Source: a virus
Lineage: Duplodnaviria > Caudoviricetes
DNA: 57,378 bases
IMG/VR virus record: IMGVR_UViG_3300047200_000271
Span: 1-57,378 of that record
Direction: 5' to 3' (one strand)
Under the pieces are notes generated by a model. The model saw nothing but the letters and a program-made list of their open reading frames with translations, was not told the DNA's origin and did not search any database. Below are positions 57,078-57,378 of this stretch, one piece after another; position 1 is the first letter of the stretch; every line of letters begins with the position of its first letter. The translations under genes were made by a program, and so were the position numbers.

Positions 57078-57344
57078 CTACTCCCCGAAGAAGACTCTCT
57101 TGATGCGTTCCAATACACCGAGGGGCTCCGCTACACGCATCTCACTGTAATCACCAACAGCTTCCATAGCGTCAATAAGCTGAGTCATCAACTCACTGGC
57201 TTTACGCATGTCCTTGATTAGATCAACGCTCTCATAGTCACCCTCGATGACCGTAACACGACGCATAACTTCTATATCTGCCTGACACGCAAGTAGCTGA
57301 CCAAGCAGCACACCATAGCGAATCCTAACGTCCCTACTGATCAT
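57078..57344 (-). CDS. Hypothetical protein (88 aa)
   Basis: Strong SD AGGAGG. Confidence 0.7.
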   Translation of the reverse strand: MISRDVRIRYGVLLGQLLACQADIEVMRRVTVIEGDYESVDLIKDMRKASELMTQLIDAMEAVGDYSEMRVAEPLGVLERIKRVFFGE

Positions 57345-57378
57345 AACCGTCCTCCTACTTGCAGGTGCTACCTGCTAG

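Larger units (their letters stand above)
1..57378. mobile_element. Tailed dsDNA bacteriophage genome (podovirus-like), probably complete or nearly so
   Basis: TerL, portal, scaffold, MCP, nozzle, ejection-like proteins, holin, CHAP lysin and a DnaB replication module are all present; no host housekeeping genes; dense operons. Confidence 0.95.

Noticed and set aside
1-57378. Alternative genetic code or stop-codon reassignment
   Set aside because: Conserved genes are intact under the standard code and TAA, TAG and TGA all act as stops

Overview
The window looks like a complete or near-complete ~57 kb genome of a tailed dsDNA phage with podovirus-like architecture: no tail tube, sheath or tape measure is recognisable. 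Left arm: a divergent block of small early genes flanked by a ~70-bp direct repeat, then a rightward recombination/replication operon (VRR-NUC-like nuclease, Rad52/Sak-like annealase, Mu Gam-like, LmbU-like regulator, HTH initiator with internal iterons, G39P-like loader, DnaB). The minus strand from 52.7 kb to 11.4 kb carries the virion region: a cluster of low-complexity proteins, TerS-like, TerL, portal, scaffold, major capsid, two decoration paralogs, two adaptor paralogs, holin, modular tail/fibre genes, a nozzle, and three probable ejection proteins. The last of these is a giant polyvalent-type protein (3671 aa, or ~3870 aa if a frameshift near 22.45 kb is repaired). Right arm: dut, thyX, LuxR-type HTH, ssb, CHAP endolysin and other HTH genes. 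No integrase, DNA polymerase, tRNA or CRISPR array was seen. The strongest unusual signals are: (i) recurrent leaderless promoters (-10 box + 6 nt + start codon), several sharing an ACCTGC spacer, one of them a perfectly symmetric bidirectional promoter; (ii) duplicated structured elements read from those promoters; (iii) a tandem-duplicated unknown domain plus HExxH and degenerate ART-like modules in the giant protein; (iv) paired 'head + stalk' tail cassettes and an 18-aa-repeat ruler-like protein. All family assignments come from motif recognition by eye, not database searches.
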